Source of the DNA: Epiperipatus broadwayi
Lineage: Eukaryota; Animalia; Onychophora
Direction: 5' to 3'
Length of the DNA: 64,000 nucleotides
Assembly: GCA_028023455.1 (NCBI GenBank)
Contig: JAQFVV010000002.1
Location: forward strand, 27,032,001-27,096,000
A model generated the notes under the pieces. It worked only from the letters and a program-made list of their open reading frames with translations. It did no database searches and was not told where the DNA came from. Below, one piece after another: positions 49,976 through 64,000 of this stretch. The translations under genes were made by a program, and so were the position numbers. Every line of letters begins with the position of its first letter. Position 1 is the stretch's first letter.

Positions 49976-50226
49976 TATTTAATAAAATAATATTAAAGTA
50001 AATATACTGACATTTCAACAAAATAACACTTGTCTTCAACTGAGTGAAAAAACAGTAATAATCACATGGTAGTAGCAGAGTCATCTGTATCATGTGATAT
50101 AACAACCATGTGATACAATTGCCTCTGCTACAACTATGTGATTATTACTGTTTCTTCACCTAGTTGAAAGTAAGTGTTATCTTGTTGAAATATTAGGATA
50201 TTTACTTTAATATTATTTTATTAAAT
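49976..50226. repeat. Palindrome (about 120 bp arms, about 10 nt loop)
   Basis: aataatattaaagtaaatat...cagtaataatcacat and its reverse complement. Confidence 0.85.
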
Positions 50227-53200
50227 ACAATTGGTCCCGAAAATATGTTTTAAAAAAAAAAAATTAACATTTGTCTATACTATTTAAAACTTAGGTCGAT
50301 TTTAATAAACAATATTAGAAACTCTTATCCATTTTTATTAAAAACAATTAAGCTGTTTATTTTTTAATTACTATAAATTCTTATTTAACTTACTCTGTTT
50401 TTTAATCTGTCTGTCTAAATAATTTCGTTTACTTCGATTTTATTCCCATTTCCCAATTTCTAATTTAATTGAAACTGTACATACAGATGTAGTTTCCATG
50501 ATAATACATTTTTTCAGTTTGCAAATAATTTTAACAAAAAAAAATTAAATTAGATTCATTTCAAATACATGCTATTTTGTTGTAGAAACAAAAATTTAAA
50601 AAAAAAAATTATTTATGTAAATGTGCAAAAAATTATCTTTAAAAAAATAAATGCTGGAAATTTAATGTTATTGCATCTTTGCTCCAACAATTACTAAAAA
50701 GTAATATACTGTATATAAAATAATTATTTCACAATTATATATTTTCAATGAAAAGGCGGAGAAAAAATTCTGACTTTTCTGTTATTAAAACATTTCCATT
50801 TACTATCACAGTTAAACAATCAACTGCAGATTTACCTATCATATTTTTGTGATGAATTAATTTGATATATTTCACAATTATGAATTTTACATATCACAAA
50901 ATTTTTGACTAGGGAAAAAAATTTTAAGGTAAAAATCTTCCCAGAAAAATGCTAATAAATATGTTTTCTTAATAATATAATGATTATAATTTATAATATA
51001 AAGGATACATTTTTTTTTAATTTATTAAAAACTTGATGTGATTGAGTAATAGATTTACTAGAGCAGTTTCAAACTGTAATTCTAAAGAGAAGGTAATCAA
51101 CCCTTTACATATGTACTTTACTGTTATATTAAATCAACGTTGACTCAGTAAATAATAAAATTTCTTGAGTGTTAATATGTGTAATAAAGTAAATGGAAAT
51201 AAAATGAAGATTATAAAATCTTCATGCTCTTGGCCTATAAAATTGAATTTAGGTACAAAGATAAAATGGCCGCTCTTATCTTTTCAAAGTCTGTAACTTG
51301 TGCCTTGAATCAAGAACTTCCTCACATTTAACAAAAATATTGTTGATTTAATATAATAGTACAGCGCATGTTAAAGGGTTCATTACTTTCTGTTTAAAAT
51401 TTAAAATTTGATTATAAATATTCTAGAAAATTATTTAAATACAAAAAAAAAAAAAACATTCAAAAATAGAAAAACCCATTCAAATAAAAGACACTCCTAA
51501 AACAAATATAAATATATCAAGAATTTCATTTACTACTTAAAATTAAAATATATAATCAATTTAAATACTGAAATTTACCGAATCAATAAATGGCTCTAAA
51601 ATCAAAATAAGCTGCCAAATTCTGTGTTTTTGTCGATGAATAAAAGAATTACCAAAATATCTGCTTTTATTTCTTATAATTTCTGCATCTCTAATAAGCA
51701 AATTTTGTAAAAAATCCCAACAGAATTCCTTGTGAGATAGATTTTCTGTACTTAAACTGGTTATAAAAGTCACAACAAAAATGCGAACTGCTTTTGAATC
51801 ATCATGATCTCTGTATTACAAAAAAATTAATAAACTTATTGCTAAATAAAAAAGAATACATAAAATGAATAGAAATAATAAGATGTAAAATATCAAAATT
51901 TACCAATACAGTATATATATATGAATGCACATGTATGTCAGCATATATATATACAGTTAATCTTACATAATTTAATATACCAATGTTAAATATCTAGGTA
52001 AATATTAGTTACAGACTTAGCATGTGTCTATTTACATAAAAAAAATGCTTAGTTAAAATAACTGAAAATAAAAATATTGTTGCTTGAAAAAGAAAAAAAA
52101 ATACAAGTTTAATATTTAATTAAAATATTCAAAGAATCTGTTATATTATTTATTTCAAATAATATTAAATAATAATTTATAAATAAGGAGTGAACACTTT
52201 ACCATTCGCTGAGAGATAAAACTTATTGCTTGTATTGTTTTTAATAATACAGATTAAATATTTATAAAAAGATTTTATAATATGTTCCACAATCACAGTC
52301 CAAAACCAAATTACGAAAAATATATTGTGGAAAAATCAGATTGTAAGTCAAAAGCAATAGATTTATATATATACACATAACCTAGAAAAATAATAAAAAT
52401 ACGTCTTACATAATCTGTTGAAGATAGTAATGAGTGTGAAGCAGAATACAGCTAATATCTATTTAGACATATAATAATGATATATTAAATTTTATATGTT
52501 AACTCCTGTTTAATTTTATGAAATATATACATATCTGACTTTAATAGACCATCTGGCGGTTAAAGAAAATGTAATAATTTCTAACCTAATAAAAAATGAG
52601 TTCCGATTATTTGTGCATATTAGAAAAATGTAATATACTGTATATAAATTTTATATAATATTAATTACATAAACTCAAATGCTAAGCATATTTCTGATTC
52701 ATTGATTATAAGAAGTGATATATACAGGGGTAAAATTAAGATTTACCAGCTGTATATGTATCTGCAATTTTAAATAAACACCAACAGTAACTAAAACTTG
52801 CTGTTAATGAAAATAATGATAAATTAAAATGAATGAAATTATTTGACCTTCTTTAAGCAAGATTAATAGCCCACATAATAAACTGTTCATACACACAATA
52901 ATTTTATTTAAATAAGTTCATTATTTGTGTGTATCTACATTTACTTCTGTATTAACATAGATATTCTAGTCATTTGTCTAATAACAGTCTTTAAAGCATT
53001 TTATTTCCTTACAATGATTAGCACATATATTGCATCTTTTCTTCTTATGAGATTGCACAATTGCTGCTCACTCCATTGTATTAAACTCTGCTCTGCACCA
53101 CTAGTATGTATCCAATTATATTTATCCAGTTCAAAATACGTAATAGGGTTTATTTACATATTGACCTTGCTCAATATCGACTCCAGATTTTCAGCTTTAT

Positions 53201-54819
53201 GCTAATTTTCTAAAGTACATTTGTGCCAATAATAATTTTAGTGTACTGTCTGTAAGTAAAATATAAGATTTTAATTATTTACACTAAATATACATATATA
53301 TGAACAGAACAGTTTATTCCACTTCCACTTTAGAAAACTAGCTCTTCCCAGTTACAAAAAATACTCGTGCAATGTTGTTGGTTGTCAAAGACCTTGGTGG
53401 ATCAGGTGAGAGGTAAATCTCTTTCTTTCTCTTGATTATCCATTACATCCGCTGGATATGGTTGTATAATCTGATTCTGTCATTATATACTTGTTGCACT
53501 AGATCTGCTTGATCAGCATTATTAGCTATGGGCATTTCTTTATTTTGTATTTCTGAGGAGATGACAGAACATTCCTCTTCTTCATTAGAAGTTCGCAGTT
53601 CACTCTGCAGAGATCGTAAATGGTTGACATGTGTCTCTTTAAAAATTTTTCCATTATTCAAGTTTAGCTACCCGAATATACTTAGAGAGAACTTCGATCA
53701 CAACAACAGAAAAGCATTTTCTTTTTAATATATAATGACTCCACGCTAGTTTGCTGATTTTAAACTTTGCAACATCAAAATTATTATTCACAATAACTAC
53801 CAATAACTTCCATATCTAGTAATATTTTTGTTAAGTGTGTGTGACACTTGAGATGCAGCAACAATTCCCAGATGTGTTTTCATTGTTGACACCCTAGGGG
53901 AGAAATGTTGATAAAACATTGTGTCAAACAAAGCTTCATGTATATCTTTGTGAGATATTTTATTCAGTGTCACTTTCAAATGTTCCACTGCCTTTTCAGC
54001 TAAACCATTTTTCTTGAAACTCGTTTGGAGCAACTGTAATCCCATATGGGAACTTGTTGCATTTATAAAGTCTCAGATGAGTAATGATCGTTAGCAATTC
54101 AGCAGTTCTATCTGTAATGGATATTTGATGAAAAGCTGACTTTAAATCAATTTTTGTGAAAAATTCCACCTCCTAAAGTGATGATAAGACTTCACATACA
54201 CTTAGTATTGAATACGCTATTTTATTTATGAATTTATTAAGTGTAATATGATCATCTCTACACAATCAAATGTTTCCATCCGGTTTCATAGCTACAACAA
54301 CTGGTGTAGCCCAAGATGAATCTTCAACAGGAGACAAAATACTTTTATTGACCATATCTTTAATAGTCTGTTCAACTTTGGGTTTTAAGCCAAATGGAAC
54401 CTTATGCAGTTTGCATACTATAGGCTGAGCATCACTTACTATTTCAATATCCACTGGCCATGTTTTTAATTCAGCTAATCCTGACTTAAATAAAGGAGGA
54501 AACATCTTTCTAACTTCTGTTTTCAATTGAACTCTCTTAATTATTTAAAACTATTCCCAATGGACAAAAACAATTCCTTCCTAGTAGAGGACTTATATTA
54601 TTTTTCACAATGAGTAATGGAAAAATAACAGCTTTATTAACTTCCCCACATATGTCAATTCTGTTGCCATTCACATCTGTGGCTAATATTTGCATATTTT
54701 GAAGCATGCATTTTCTATTACTGCTGCCATTAAATTTTATCCAATCTTTATATGACAAAAAAAAACTATCACAGACTCTAATGTCTTACACAATATGGCC
54801 ATCATCTGAATCATTAATC

Positions 54820-55357
54820 TTGTTAACAGATTTTTTCCCTTTTAATCTGCCTCACTGCAATTTAAAGTTTGGACTTGACTGCATTTCGCAGCTCTTGTTT
54901 TTGTTTCTGCATACATGAGTGAAATGTCTTTTAATTTTACAAACATTATATTTCTCCATTTTAAATTTACAAAATTTTTTGACATGGCCTTTTATACCGC
55001 AGCAAGACTACATCAAACATTCCTTTGCCATCTTCGAACTTGGAACTACAACTTGTACTCTATTTACAGGAATCAACTTATTCTGCATTGTTAACAGATT
55101 TTTTCCCACTTAATCTTTCTTACTGCAATTTAAAGTTCAGACTTAACTGCATTTCACAGCTCTTGTCTTTCTTTCTGCAGACATGAGTAAAATGTCTTTT
55201 AATTTTACTAACATTACATTTCTCCATTTTAAATTTACGAAATTTTTTGACATGGCCTTTTATACCGCAGCAAGAACAGATCAAACTTTCCTTTGCCATC
55301 TTCAAACTTGGAGCTCCAGCTTGTACTTTATTTACAGGAATCAAATTATTCTGCATT
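54820..55357 (-). repeat. 268 bp tandem duplication of the gag zinc-knuckle region
   Basis: ttgttaacagatt at 54820 and 55088, with collinear diverged copies. Confidence 0.85.
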
Positions 55358-55949
55358 CCGATTGAAGTCTGAAATTCTGATGCTTCTTCTAACATTACTT
55401 CCTTAGCTAAACATTTTCCAAGGATTGTCCTGTAATTCTGATTTGGTTCACTCAGCAAAATTTTCCTCAAGCTATGGTCAAACATTCCAAACAGTGGTTG
55501 GTCAAGCAACCTGTCTTCTAACTCGAAGACAAATTGGTATTGTTTCACAAGTTTAAGAAATGTCATATCATAGTCTATATAACTCTTGATGTAATTTCTT
55601 ATCCTAAAACACGGACGAAATACACATTTCAAAGTTGCTGGCTAGAAATATGTATTTAATTTCTTTTTCATTTCTTCATATGGACTATAATCACGAGTTT
55701 TAGGTTCACCCAATTGTTTTGCGACTTGTGAAATGTCCTTACAAAAGCATAGCTATTTTGAGTCTGTCTTTGCTCTATTTTATTTATTAGCATATAACAC
55801 TCAACATGCTCAACATAAACTTTCCATGCTGATATGTTGTTAAAATCAAACTCGTGAATACTACTGCTCAACATTGCCATTATTTATCAAGAATAACTTT
55901 AAAAGATTCTTATTTCATGAAGTGATTATTACAGCCATTTAATTTTCGA

Positions 55950-56046
55950 CTTGCATCATTCTACTATCAACTTGAGTCATTCTACTATCAACCTGCGCAA
56001 TTCTATTGTCAACCTGCACAATTCTGTTGTTGAAGCTGTGCCATTC
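55950..56046 (-). repeat. About 21 bp tandem array of PBS-like units
   Basis: GAATGGCAC / GAATTGTGC / GAATTGCGC / GAATGACTC / GAATGATGC, each followed by AG(G/C)TT-like sequence. Confidence 0.7.
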
Positions 56047-56999
56047 TGCTATATACAGGGGTAAAATTAATGTTTGCCTACTGTATATATATATCTGCAA
56101 TTTTTAATAAACAACAGCAGTAACTAAAATTAATAAAAATAAATTTATTTACTTCTGTTAATGAAAATAATGATAAATTAAAATAAGCAAAATTACTTGG
56201 TTTATTAAGAAAGATTAATAATTGCCCACATGATACACTGTTTATACACCCAATAGTTTAAATAAGTTCCAGTTATTTGTATGTTTTGTTTTAACATACA
56301 GACCTTCTAATCATTTGCCTAATAACAGTCTTTAAACCATTTTATTTCCTTACAATGATTAACACACACATTGCACTTTGTCTTCTTATGAGATTGCAAA
56401 ATTGCTGCTTACTCCATTGTATAAAACTCTGATCTGCACTACTGGTGCATATCCGGTTATATTTATCCAGTTCAGAATACATAGTAGGGCTCATTTACAT
56501 ATTGGCCTTGCTCAATATCAAATCCAGATTGCTAATTTTCTAGAGTATATTTGTACTAATAATAATTTTGATATGCTGTCTGCACATAAAATGCAAGATT
56601 TTAATTAACTTTATTTACCCTAAATATACATATATATGCACAGAACAATCCAAAAAGATATTAAAAATTCTGTCTTCAGGCAAAAAACTTAACTTATATT
56701 TTGACTATGTGTGCTCACTGACTGAGATACATTCTGTCAGAAATATGTCTGATAACTCCAAAGAATTTCTTGGCAATAGAATGAAGTAATGTTATTTGTG
56801 ATTGTTGTAATGATGATAGTTATTATTTTTTAAGAAAGAAATCTAAGAAAACTGAAAACATTTGATGTATTAATCTAAAAGTTGCAATTAACTTACATAT
56901 ATGTGAAGATTTGCTTTTTTCCTATCAGTATTAAGTTTCTAAATAATAGCTTTGAATCCTAAAAACCCCTTTTTGTTTAGATCATTAATGACCTACTGC

Positions 57000-59750
57000 A
57001 GGATGAAAGTCTTTTAATTTTAATTAAATGTCTCTAATCCATATAATATATTCTCCCCATTATTCCAACAAACTTTTTTATTTAATCCATACCCCTCTCA
57101 TATGTGATATTATTCAAGTCTTAAAATCTTTTGGGATTCAGTTTAATATTTCAATTATCCATCTATTATCAACTCTTCTAGCAATATACTCAGACCAACT
57201 TCATATCAGTTCCTTAATTTTTTCAATAATGTTAGTGTTATCTATTTGTTCTTTTACCAATACTTTCTTCAGCTTTTGATCCTTCCTTATTAATTCTCAA
57301 CATACATCTCATCTTACTTCATTGTGTGGTTTGAAGTCTATGTTTTACTCTTTTATTAAGTGTCCAAATGTCAGATTCTAATGCAAAAACTGGTAAAACT
57401 CATAGGCATACTTTCTTCTATTAAATTATTTCTACAAAAAACACTTCTATAATTAATTTCATGTATTACATTTCCATCTGTATTAATAATTTGACAAGGA
57501 TAAGAATGATAATCTATCTATATTTGTTTCAATGATAAGCTTTATTTGTTTTAAAGGGTTATAAAAGTTTTCATAGCTTAGATTGCTGTGTTTACATGGG
57601 CAATCTGTAGTCGTAGGTTTACATATATAAAAGTTGATTTATTGTTTTACACAGGATTATAGGAATTTTTACATGCTGTGGATGTTATCTTATCAATCTA
57701 TATTTTCTGTTGTAAAAAGCTATTGAATATCAATTCAGACTTACTAACATTTATCTTAAGTCCTATTTTCTTGCTTTCATATGATAGCTTTTGCGATAAT
57801 TCCTAAAAATCTGAAGAATTATTTGGAAAAATAATCCCATCATCTGAAAAATGTAAATGATATAAATAATTTCCATGTACTTTTATTCCCTTAGTTTTCT
57901 ATTTTCCAGAAAATATTTTTGTAAAACTTCATAAAAAGGTTTGGAGATATGAAATCACCATAATCTATATCTTATATCAATTCACTATAATCTAATCACT
58001 GCATTTTGATATTCTTCAAAATATGACAATATCAAGGTCTATATATTTTATGGTTCAAAGTTTTATTACTGTGAAAATGCCTATAAAATCAAATGACTTT
58101 TTATAATACCAAATTCAAATCATATGATAATTCAAACTCATTAATTCTTTCCATAACTTCTCTAATAACTTTAATATGATCTACTGTGCTAAGACTATTT
58201 TTAAATCCACTTTCTTTTTGTAATTAATTTGAGAGCAAAGTTCATGAAGACAAATTATAATTATCTTGGGAAGAGGGCTGTAATTTCTATTATCTTCTTT
58301 TTCACTTTTCTCAAACATCAAAATCATTATTACATTCTTCCAATCAAATCTTTATTATTTAGATATTTTGTCAACAATTCTTCCATTTCTACACCTAATT
58401 CAATCAGTTATTAAGCTTTTCTCTTCTTTAGATTTAATTGCATGTCTCATCTCTTCATATAAAATGTTTGGCAATTCAAAAAATGTTATAATTGTTTGAG
58501 ATACTTTGATTTCATGTTCTTTTTACTATATAATTCTTTGTAGAAATAATCTATACTTTGCATAATGTTATCCCTCTTTTTAGTAATAATTCCATCCTTT
58601 CTTCTAATTATTGAGATCACTTTATTTCCAATTCCCAGACAATGATTTATACTTCTGAGACTTTTATTCCCTTCTATGGCTTTCCTAATCAATGAGACTC
58701 TTCTTACTAAATATTACTTTTTCTTAATGGGTTAATTTTAAATATTTTCAAATTTCTCTTTTTTTTTTTCATAGTGACTTGATCCAAATTAAAATTCACT
58801 GGTAAATAACAGATTTTACTAGTTATCTGTATAACAGCTCTTAGTAGAATATCAGTTATTTTCTTGCTGATCTCAGCAGCATCAGAAAGACTGTCAAAAC
58901 CTGTTAATATTTGAAAAAATGCAATTTCTAAATTATATTGACTGGAATGTTTCTGAAGATTAGGAATATCAACTGTTAATAATGACTTTCTTAATAGTTT
59001 TTGTCTTTAATTTTGCACTAACCCTAATCTCTTGTTTTGCATTAATATTTCATTAATTGGTAATCATTACATGTGTTAAATCTATCAATAACATTATAAT
59101 CTTGAAATTCTTCTGCTAGTCAAAGTATAATCCAATTCTTTTGTACTTTCATATTTTAATGCCTCCACGTTGATTTCCATTTAGCATTTTTCTCAGAATT
59201 CATACTAAATAGGATTTTTTTTCTTCTAAAAATTCCACAAGTCTTTAATCCTCTCTCATTTTTGTTTCCATAAAATATTTTCATCTTTCAATTGTTTTCC
59301 AATTTTAGCATTAAAATCTACCATAATAATATTAATTTGCATCATCAAAAGCATTTTTTTTATCTATATAAAGATCTTTTACTTCTTCATAACAATGGAA
59401 AACTTGTTGGGACATGAATCAGAATTATCTTCAAATAAGTTAAATAATTAATCTTGCCACTCTGTCTGATACACTATTAATCTCCATAATGTTGTTCTTC
59501 CACTTTGTATTTATAATAAATCCCATTCTACTTATGTTTCAATATTTGTAACTTTGTAGTAAAGTACATGTCCACTTTTCAAATCAATTGTCCTCTTCAC
59601 CTTTTCTTTTAATGTCACAAAATCTGATGTCTTAGTTAATATAAAATGACTCTTCATCCAATTCATACAATCTTCCATGGAAATGATTTGCAGTTGTAAG
59701 CATTTAAATAAAAGATTATTATCAAATGGTAGATTAAGTTTAAAATCAGA
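57000..59750 (-). mobile_element. Decayed RTE-clade LINE (endonuclease plus RT)
   Basis: IIMVDFNAKIG, ELDYTL, FYKELYS, GDFISPNL, FSDDG, ESKKIGLKINVSK and a WxxxIxRRxDNRW-like 3' end. Confidence 0.8.
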
Positions 59751-60559
59751 TTTTTAGTACCTTCTGTTTTGGTAATGATTTTATAGCATCATGGCAATAA
59801 GTGCTATAATTTAGTTTTGTCTGTCATTTCAATAAATAAGTAGAAAAAGATTGTTCACATGTATTCATTCTACTTTTAAGAAAATTCAAATGATATTTCA
59901 GTTAAGAACTATTAGACAATTATAGGAGAAAGACCATTGTATGTTTTGGTCTTACACTAATAAGTAAAAAGTCAATAAACTCATTATGCAGGTTGATGCA
60001 TGTTGATGAGCAGCTCATCTATGTTTGGTTACCATATGAATAACCATGCTGTAATAACAGTTGCAATGACAAAAAATGTATGGAGATTAAGAATCTGTCC
60101 TGCTAGTTCCTTTAAGGTTTCAAAAAGAAATCAAATCTCTCCTAAAATTAATATCAAATTCTTTTCTGCAGCCTGTTTTAGATATTCATAACAAAGTGAA
60201 AAATGAGTCTCTACTCCTTTCTTTTCTTCTTTTTAAAATTAAAACAGTACAATGCAATATGGTGTATATTTCAAAAAATTTTAAATTCTTTATAACTTTT
60301 TTTTTTTAAGAATTAGATCTGTTTCTAGATCTGTTTCTATATATATATGGAAAGAAAGCTGATATATGGATAAATAATACCAATTTACAAAAACGGTTTA
60401 TTAATACATTGTACAGGCTTAAACCTGCATTTATATATGTAATATAGGCGGGATTTGAACTCAGACTTTCACAAAAACGGTTTATAAAAATTAATGTGTA
60501 GTATCTGCCATATCTCATATCGCCTTTAAATAATTGACTAGTCCATATTCCAACTAAAC

Positions 60560-60960
60560 TAGATCAGATTGAACATTCACTGCCTTTAACCCATAAACCT
60601 CATTTTAACCCAAAATTAAACTCAATTTTAAAAAAATCTAATTATAAAAAAAATATAATAAACAAAAAATTAAAATATAAACATTACCACAAAATAATTT
60701 AAAAAATATTTTCACATTTTTAAATCTTTATTTTAATTCACAAACTCTCAATTTTAAATATACCTAAAATACAATTTCATAACACTTCATCCATTCCATA
60801 AAATCAAAAAATAATATATAACATACCTACCTATAAATTTAATAAAAACCATTTCAATTTCTTTTCTACACCCTTATTCTATTTTCACAGTTTTTTCTCC
60901 CTCTTCGATATCTATTAAAAATTTATTAGAAAATTTTATGGATCAAAAATAACATAAATT
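60560..60960 (+). mobile_element. Possible G-depleted Penelope-like remnant
   Basis: LNSILKKSNYKKNIINKKL and KIIYNIP (VVYKIPC-like); weak. Confidence 0.25.
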
Positions 60961-60999
60961 TAGTAAATTAATTATGGGATAAAAATAATTACTATATTA

Positions 61000-61720
61000 T
61001 TGAAAAATCATCTAAATTATCATTATTAATAAAACCATACAAAATATTATAAAATAATAAATATCTATAATAAACAATAAAAAAAAATTCTATACATTAA
61101 AAAAATATAATTATTATATCATATAAGTATAAATTATATATATAAAACCATATAAAATATATAAAATATAAAATCTCAATATTAAAATAATAAAATATCA
61201 AATAAATAATAAAAAAATTCTAATATATAAAAAAAACTAATTATTAATATCATGATAGTATAATACATTATTAAAAACATATACAATATCTATCAAATAA
61301 TAAAATTATCATATAACATAAAATAAATTCTAATAAAAAAAAATTACTACATTATTAATATCATGAAAGGTAGTAAATTATCATTATTAATAAAACCATA
61401 TACAAAACATCAAATAATAAATATCTAAATAAAAAAAATTAAATTCATACATAAATAATTATACAATTGAATATCATGATAATGAGTAATATATTATTAA
61501 TACAACATAATACAAAATTATAAAATAATAAACTATCTCAAAATCTATAAAATAATAAAAATATCTAAATGAAATAATAAAAATATAAATTCTATATCAT
61601 TAAAAATAATATTGAATATCTGAAAGAAAATACATTATTAATACAAACCATAATACAAATATATAAAATGAATAAAAACTATCTACAATAAATATAAAAA
61701 TAAATAAATAAAATAAAACC
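61000..61720. repeat. Degenerate tandem repeat, period about 115-140 bp, almost no G on the plus strand
   Basis: attaata(a/c)aaccata recurs near 61025, 61141, 61270, 61386, 61495 and 61636. Confidence 0.65.
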
Positions 61721-62069
61721 CAAGATAAACAATTATTATATATCAGTGGGAGATGATGATGATAATTTGAATATTAGTAATGATACTCAAACAAACACTC
61801 AACAATTTAGATCAATATCATAATTTTTTATTTTTATCTTGATAAATCTAGAAAAAAAAATACAAAATTAATAATTAAAAAATCTAAAACATTCACAAAA
61901 AATAAAAAAAAAGAAAAAACATATTTAAAATTAAAAATGTATATACAAAGAGATAACACATAGCCAATGGTAAGAACGGACTAATGGGCAATGTTGCTCA
62001 CTGAATCCAAATATTTTCATTAAGAATGGGGATCTGGTAATAGTCTTTTTGAAGGCAGGGTCAGAGAAC

Positions 62070-62160
62070 TACTGTCACATAGCTGAAAGGCAGAATCCAC
62101 TTTCTCCAGAGAACTACTGTCACAGAGCTGAAAGATAAAATCTCCTTTCTCCAGACAATA
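62070..62160. repeat. About 46 bp tandem repeat, two copies
   Basis: cagagaactactgtcaca(t/g)agctgaaag occurs twice. Confidence 0.8.
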
Positions 62161-63149
62161 GCAGTTAAGCTAAATGGTTAACATAGCAACTTACGTCAAT
62201 GTTCAGGTCTAAAAGCTGCTAGAACGAAATGTCACATGAGGCAAGCTATCAGTACATCTGAAAGTAACACTAGACCTATTCAAAAGGCAAACTGTCAATA
62301 ATGGCTGGAAGTGATAGAGAAACCTATAAGGGCACATGCAGTCCCTTCTTTCATAGTTCATCCTACAATTAAGGCTATATCTCAAGAATGATAGCAGGCA
62401 AAGTATAGCTATTTGTAAATAAAATGTAAATAAACAATGACTTTGCCTCTCTTACCATCTATATTTGATTGATCATACCCTATCTGAATGAAACTTATTA
62501 TCTATAATTTACTGAGATGGCTGTATAGTTTCCATAGACTCGGATATAAGTTCTTTCCATTCATCTCCCATAAAAAATATATATAACTATAAATATATTT
62601 ATATGAACTCAGCAATAATCTTTTAAAATTCCTCATCAATATTTCTCTATCAGCATATTTATGGACATCAATATAATCCGATTGCAAGAGCCAACTCTAC
62701 GGTTTACATAGGAATTATCCTGATGAATTAATATAGAGTGATGATAGTGCAATAATAGAAACCCGACCCTAGCTAGTTCACTTAGGGCAGGTAGTATTTA
62801 TATTGACGGAGATATGTTAATAAAAGAGTAGATCGCACTGAACTATGTGAACATGCATGTGTATATTTTAACTAAGCTAACCACAAAAATAATAAAAAGA
62901 AAATAAATAATGGTGCTCATTTGTTTTAAATAAAATGCAAGCATATATATATATTTAATGGATGGAAAATTATTATTTAATACATATAATAGATATTTTG
63001 TTTTAAAGTCATTTACATAAATTAAAATACGAAGAAATTACGAACTGTACATAGATGACTTATACTTCGTAAGATTATAAATTAAGATAAAACATAAAGA
63101 TTACCTTTAGTCGCCAGGAACTGAGATCATTCATATACATATAGCTTGA

Positions 63150-63460
63150 TGAGGATATGGCCATAGAAATTGCCCAAAAATGTCTTTTTGGACTTTTGAT
63201 GAAATGTTATACTATTTTACGAGACGAACGGGTTGGACGTGGTCTTCAATTTTGGTAGATGAAACGATCATGTAGCATATTTCCTCTTTGTGGGCAGTGG
63301 GATAAAGCTGAGCATGTCTAGGACTTTACCCCCACATCATCATGTTGGCGCACATATAATTTTCTTCCAACAGCATAATTCAATTTAATTTATGGGCAGG
63401 CAAATTTTATAATTCTGGGGGAAATATTTCTACAAATGATGGTTCTACCCAGTCTCCCCA
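63150..63460 (+). pseudogene. Possible hAT (ZMYM1-like) transposase remnant
   Basis: SSILVDET and AGKFYNSGGN (GQxYDGAxN-like) motifs; broken frames. Confidence 0.3.
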
Positions 63461-64000
63461 TGGCTTCATTCTCCCATTTTTCCTTTTCTCCAAAACGTAT
63501 TAAACTTTCAAACAGCACAAGTAATAATCAACAGAATAATAATCCCTGATTTCTTGATTTCTTTTCTATTTATATATTTTTTCTTTTATTCTAGAAAGTT
63601 CTATTCCTCTCATCTATTGCAATATTGCCCATCACTCTGGAAAATGTTTGATATTTTTAATTTTTTATGAACCAATCTAATCAGTCCTGCATATCACTGT
63701 TTCAGATCCGGCTTCTTTTGTCTTCCTCTTTTTTTTTGACAAAAGAAAACCTTTTAGCAAGTTTTTTCTCAAAACAATCCATTCAGGAATTATAAAAATA
63801 ACTTTATACAACAATTAATGCAAATAGCATTTCATACATAAAACGATTCACTTTTCAGCAATAACATATTTTCTTTTAAATAAAAATAATAATAAAAAAA
63901 CTAATTTTACATAAAAATGTAAATTATATATTTCCAGAAAGTTCTTTTTACATTTGGTTATATAATAATTTATATACACACATACTATATCAAAACAATA

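Larger units (their letters stand above)
52716..56647 (-). mobile_element. Ty3/Gypsy LTR retrotransposon, internally deleted and decayed
   Basis: LTRs 56047-56647 and 52716-53311 (TG...CA); PBS TGGCAC at about 56038-56043; PPT at about 53312-53330; gag, CCHC, protease, RT start (SWATPVVVAMKPDG, FTKIDLKSA) and integrase end (NGLAEKAV). No TSD found. Confidence 0.9.

Noticed and set aside
62720-62770. CTGATGA...GAAACCC as a hammerhead
   Set aside because: No NUH cleavage triplet and no stem I.

Overview
Very AT-rich eukaryotic genomic DNA (about three-quarters A+T by eye), most likely from an invertebrate animal; the species cannot be named from the sequence alone. No rRNA, CRISPR or prokaryotic genes are visible, and most ORFs in the supplied track are spurious or transposon debris. 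The window holds one unidentified spliced gene on the minus strand (exons from about 22.8 kb, possibly 27.8 kb, down to a stop at 3535). Around and inside it lie decayed LINEs, Penelope-like elements (PLEs), hAT transposons, a Merlin-like and a Helitron-like fragment, a tRNA-derived SINE and a 3.9 kb Ty3/Gypsy element. The main unannotated signal is about 19 type I hammerhead ribozyme (HHR) motifs, intact or decayed. Most sit in non-coding retrozyme-like elements: family A (about 455 bp monomer, 5 copies plus 1 old copy) and a related family B (about 342 bp monomer). These insert as head-to-head fold-backs with 11-15 bp target-site duplications (TSDs), shared end points and a variant ribozyme core. 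An RT + GIY-YIG Penelope relic with its own HHR lies in the same window and is a plausible type of mobilising partner. Ribozyme activity and expression are untested inferences.
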